NCBI GenBank assembly: GCA_019911795.1
Contig: JAIOJS010000395.1
Span: 1-49,278, forward strand
Direction of reading: 5' to 3'
From: Thermoanaerobaculia bacterium
Lineage (GTDB): Bacteria > Acidobacteriota > Thermoanaerobaculia > Multivoradales > JAIOJS01
Length of the DNA stretch: 49,278 nucleotides
Shown: one piece after another, positions 46,325 through 49,278 of the stretch
How the letters are laid out: every line of letters starts with the position of its first letter
Position numbering within the stretch: the stretch's first letter is position 1
The notes under the pieces: model-generated
Told to the model about the DNA's origin: nothing
What the model saw: only the letters and a program-made list of their open reading frames with translations
Databases searched by the model: none
Position numbers and translations under genes: made by a program

Positions 46325-46924
46325 TTGATCGCTCACCTGCGCGGCCTTCTCCTCTCGCTGACTCCCGAGGAGGCGGTCCTCGACGTTGGTGGTGTGGGCT
46401 ACCAGCTGCAGATTCCACTCTCGACCTACTATCGGCTCGAGGGACTCCAACGCGACCAGGACGTCGCGCTATTCGTCTACACCCATGTGCGGGAAGACAC
46501 GATCTCACTCTTCGGCTTCACCTCGCCCGACGAGCGCAGCCTCTTTCAACGCCTGATCGGGGTTAGCGGCATCGGACCCAAGCTCGGTCGCGTCATCCTT
46601 TCCGGTTTGGCCCCCGGCGATCTTGTCGCCGCCCTGGAGAGCGGAGATGCCGCTCGCCTCGCCACCACTCCAGGAGTTGGTAAGAAGACCGCCGAACGGA
46701 TGATCCTGGAACTGCGTGACAAGGTGGCGGACCTGCGCTCCGGTCCCGCCGAAGTCGCCGTCTCGCCGAGCACGCCAGACGACGACCTCATGGCTGCCCT
46801 CGAGAGTCTCGGTTATCGTCCCAGGGAGGCGGAAAGGGCGGTGGCCGCGGTCGCCGACGAGGCGCCCGATGCCGAGCTGGGCGTGCGCCTTCGGCTCGCT
46901 CTCAAGCAGCTCTCCAAGGTCTAG
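46325..46924 (+). CDS. ruvA: Holliday junction branch migration complex subunit RuvA
   Basis: Matching motifs are MIAHLRGLL...VLDVGGVGYQLQIPLSTY and the HhH motifs LIGVSGIGPKLG / TTPGVGKKTAERMILEL. The start is TTG. Confidence 0.9.
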   Translation: MIAHLRGLLLSLTPEEAVLDVGGVGYQLQIPLSTYYRLEGLQRDQDVALFVYTHVREDTISLFGFTSPDERSLFQRLIGVSGIGPKLGRVILSGLAPGDLVAALESGDAARLATTPGVGKKTAERMILELRDKVADLRSGPAEVAVSPSTPDDDLMAALESLGYRPREAERAVAAVADEAPDAELGVRLRLALKQLSKV

Positions 46925-47038
46925 GGGTCGATTCCCTGTCTTGGGTCGACTCACTAACGGGACGCTGGACCGGCAGAGCACGCCGGGGCTCAACTCCGGA
47001 AGCGTCGGTCGTCCCGCTGCGTCCTCTATACTTCTGAG

Positions 47039-48070
47039 GTGACCGACTCCCCCCGCCTCCTGACCGGATCCGGTGACCCCGACGAGCTCTCTCTCGAGGT
47101 CACCCTGCGACCGCAGAACCTCGACGACTACGTGGGCCAGCGGAGCCTTGTCGACAACCTCAGGGTCTTCATTCAAGCGGCCCAGGGGCGGCAAGAGAGC
47201 CTTGATCACGTCTTGCTGTTCGGGCCTCCGGGACTCGGCAAGACCACCTTGGCCCACATCATCGCGCGGGAGATGGACGTTCCGCTGCGCTCGACTTCCG
47301 GTCCGGTACTGGAACGCGCCGGCGACCTCGACGCCATCCTCACCAACCTCGAGCCCGGCGACGTGCTCTTCATCGACGAGATCCATCGCCTGAGCGCCAC
47401 CGTCGAGGAGATCCTCTATCCGGCCCTCGAGGACTTCCAGCTCGACCTCGTCCTCGGGCAGGGTCCCGCGGCCCGCACCGTCAAGCTCGAGTTGCCCCGC
47501 TTTACGCTGGTAGCGGCGACGACGCGCGCCGGACTGATTACGGCGCCTCTGCGAGCTCGCTTCGGGATCGTCCATCGCCTCGACTTCTACAGCGCCGACG
47601 ACCTCGCAACCATCGTCTCGCGGTCTGCCCGGCTGCTCGGCATCCAAACCGAGGCTCAGGGCGCCCAGGAGATAGCTCGCCGGAGTCGTGGCACGCCCCG
47701 CATCGCCAACCGGCTGCTGCGACGCGTTCGAGACTTCGCCGAGGTCCACGGCGAAGGCGTCATCGACCTCGCTATGGCCAAGCGAGGCCTCGCCCTTCTC
47801 GAAGTCGACGAGTTCGGTTTCGACGAGGTGGACCGCAAGATCCTCGACACCCTGATCCAACACTACGACGGCGGACCGGCCGGGATCTCCGCCCTGGCCG
47901 CAACCATCGGTGAAGATCGCGGAACTCTCGAGGACCTCTACGAGCCCTTCCTTATCCAGGAGGGTTTCCTCCAGCGCACTCCGAGGGGGCGCGTGGCAAC
48001 CCGACGGGCCTACGAGCACTTGGGCCACTCCGTGCCTCGGGCCCCCAGCGCTAATCGGTCACTCTTCTAG
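47039..48070 (+). CDS. ruvB: Holliday junction branch migration DNA helicase RuvB
   Basis: Matching motifs are [12 protein letters not shown], Walker A ([14 protein letters not shown]), Walker B ([10 protein letters not shown]), [38 protein letters not shown]. Confidence 0.95.
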   Translation: MTDSPRLLTGSGDPDELSLEVTLRPQNLDDYVGQRSLVDNLRVFIQAAQGRQESLDHVLLFGPPGLGKTTLAHIIAREMDVPLRSTSGPVLERAGDLDAILTNLEPGDVLFIDEIHRLSATVEEILYPALEDFQLDLVLGQGPAARTVKLELPRFTLVAATTRAGLITAPLRARFGIVHRLDFYSADDLATIVSRSARLLGIQTEAQGAQEIARRSRGTPRIANRLLRRVRDFAEVHGEGVIDLAMAKRGLALLEVDEFGFDEVDRKILDTLIQHYDGGPAGISALAATIGEDRGTLEDLYEPFLIQEGFLQRTPRGRVATRRAYEHLGHSVPRAPSANRSLF

Positions 48071-48120
48071 GTCGCTTGGCCGACTTTACCCATCCCCCCC
48101 GCTAGGCTGACGACAAAACC

Positions 48121-49002
48121 ATGCGATCAGCCGCCTTGATCTACAACCCGATGTCGGGCAAGCGGCGCTCCGCCGGATGGGCGAGCGACCTCGCCGAGCA
48201 GCTCACCGCTGCCGGTTGGCAGGTCCAGGCGAGTGCGACCGACGCCCCCGGCGCCGCGACCCACCGGGCTCGCCAGTTGGCGCACAGCGGCGGCGTCGAT
48301 ACGGTCTTTGCCCTCGGCGGTGATGGCACCTTGCGTGAGGTGGCGATCGGTTTGCTGGGGTCCGGCGTCGCTCTCGGTCCGCTACCCGGTGGGACCACCA
48401 ACGTCCTCACTCGGTCCTTGGGGCTTTCCGCCGACCCCCGCCGTGCCCTGCACCAACTCCTCGACGGTCGCAACGCGACCTGGCGGGTCGGCCTTTGCGG
48501 CTCGACCCCGTTTCTGATGATGGCATCAGCCGGCTACGACGCCGAGGTCGTCCACCGCATGGACGGAGAGGCCAAGGCGCGGTGGGGACGCTTGGCGGTG
48601 GGTGCTCTCGGACTCTCGACCTGGTGGCGCTACCGCTACCCGCGCTTCGAGGCATCGACCGCGGAGGGAGAGAAGCTGCCCGCCCATTTCGCGGCGGTGT
48701 GCAACATCCCACTCTACGGAGGATCGTTTGTTCTCGCGCCGGACGCCGACCCGACCGCGGAGACACTTCAACTCGTCACCCACGCGAGTCCGGGCCGCGC
48801 CGCCTCCCTCGGTTTCGCGCTCGATCTGGCCTTGGGCCGCCACCTGCGACGGAAGGATGTCGAAGTCCGGACGACGCTCGCGGTGACCCTCTCCGGGCCA
48901 CCCGAAGTCCTGCTTCAGATCGACGGGGATGCCTGCACCGAACAACTTCCAGTACGGATCTCGGTGGCGCCTGAGACTCTCGAGCTCCTGGTACCCAACT
49001 AG
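48121..49002 (+). CDS. Diacylglycerol-kinase-family lipid kinase (YegS/BmrU-like)
   Basis: It has the DAGK catalytic domain: LIYNPMSGKRR...VFALGGDGTLREV...LGPLPGGTTNVL. Confidence 0.85.
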   Translation: MRSAALIYNPMSGKRRSAGWASDLAEQLTAAGWQVQASATDAPGAATHRARQLAHSGGVDTVFALGGDGTLREVAIGLLGSGVALGPLPGGTTNVLTRSLGLSADPRRALHQLLDGRNATWRVGLCGSTPFLMMASAGYDAEVVHRMDGEAKARWGRLAVGALGLSTWWRYRYPRFEASTAEGEKLPAHFAAVCNIPLYGGSFVLAPDADPTAETLQLVTHASPGRAASLGFALDLALGRHLRRKDVEVRTTLAVTLSGPPEVLLQIDGDACTEQLPVRISVAPETLELLVPN

Positions 49003-49033
49003 CGAGCAGAACGGCGAGGGTCCGCGAAGCCTT

Positions 49034-49276
49034 CTAGCGCAGATTGGTTTCCGCCCAGGCATGGGCGAACAGGATCCGCCACAGGGCGGCGGAGGCATCG
49101 AGGCGTCCGGCCAGGTGGTGAGCAAAGCGTCGCTTCGCCTCGTTGCGCTCGTAGTACTCCCAGATCGGACTGCTCGTATCGGCCAGGGTTGCCATCATCT
49201 TGCCTCGCAGCTCGTGACGGAACCAGTGCTCGAGTGGTACCGCGAATCCCTGCTTCGGACGGTTCAGGAGCTCCTC
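49034..49276 (-). CDS. asnB: 3' end of asparagine synthase (glutamine-hydrolysing); 5' part lies outside the window
   Basis: The reverse-strand translation is EELLNRPKQGFAVPLEHWFRHELRGKMMATLAD...ALWRILFAHAWAETNLR*, a typical AsnB C terminus. It is not in the ORF track because no start codon lies inside the window. Confidence 0.7.
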   Translation of the reverse strand, partial: EELLNRPKQGFAVPLEHWFRHELRGKMMATLADTSSPIWEYYERNEAKRRFAHHLAGRLDASAALWRILFAHAWAETNLR

Positions 49277-49278
49277 GG

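Noticed and set aside
46505-48028. A 507-aa ORF on the minus strand spanning ruvA and ruvB
   Set aside because: It is antisense to two genes with unambiguous RuvA and RuvB motifs. Its translation is G/R/E/L-rich with no recognisable domain. Long antisense ORFs are expected in GC-rich DNA because stop codons are rare.

Overview
This window is a GC-rich, gene-dense chromosomal segment from a diderm bacterium. The GWxTD, DUF3467, Wzm/Wzt and LPS-kinase content fits an Acidobacteriota-like lineage, but that is inference only. I support about 41 protein genes and 2 tRNAs. From left to right the window contains: (1) an envelope block: a dockerin-repeat protein 3' end, a GT4 glycosyltransferase, a membrane sulfatase-fold transferase, an ABC-2 exporter pair and a TetR regulator; (2) tRNA-Asn; (3) a macromolecular-synthesis operon variant, rpsU-mutS2-dnaG-rpoD, on the minus strand; (4) a lipoprotein, a very acidic GAF-like protein and an Slt-type lytic transglycosylase; (5) a tRNA with a CAT anticodon; (6) a plus-strand run of a Zn-ribbon protein, yggS, divIVA, a small ORF, an AbiEii-like nucleotidyltransferase, hutI and an acyl-CoA ligase; (7) a minus-strand run of a substrate-binding protein, wzm, wzt, DUF3467, a GWxTD protein and an M49 peptidase; (8) an LPS-kinase/TIM-barrel fusion; (9) rng, rodA, mrdA, mreD, mreC and mreB; (10) a FecR-like protein, ppiD, ruvA, ruvB, a lipid kinase and the 3' end of asnB. 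I saw no CRISPR array, transposase, integrase, rRNA or prophage genes. The feature least explained by ordinary annotation is a pair of about 170-190 bp terminal-inverted-repeat (MITE-like) elements. They sit in direct orientation and exactly bracket the M49 peptidase gene, and one copy supplies the stop codon of the neighbouring gene. Secondary items are an AbiEii-like NTase plus small-partner pair welded by overlapping start/stop codons into a housekeeping operon, two lipoproteins whose signal peptides lack a normally placed canonical start codon, and several unusual fusions and syntenies. I do not see a convincing new multi-gene system. All functional calls come from motif recognition by eye, and no database search was run.
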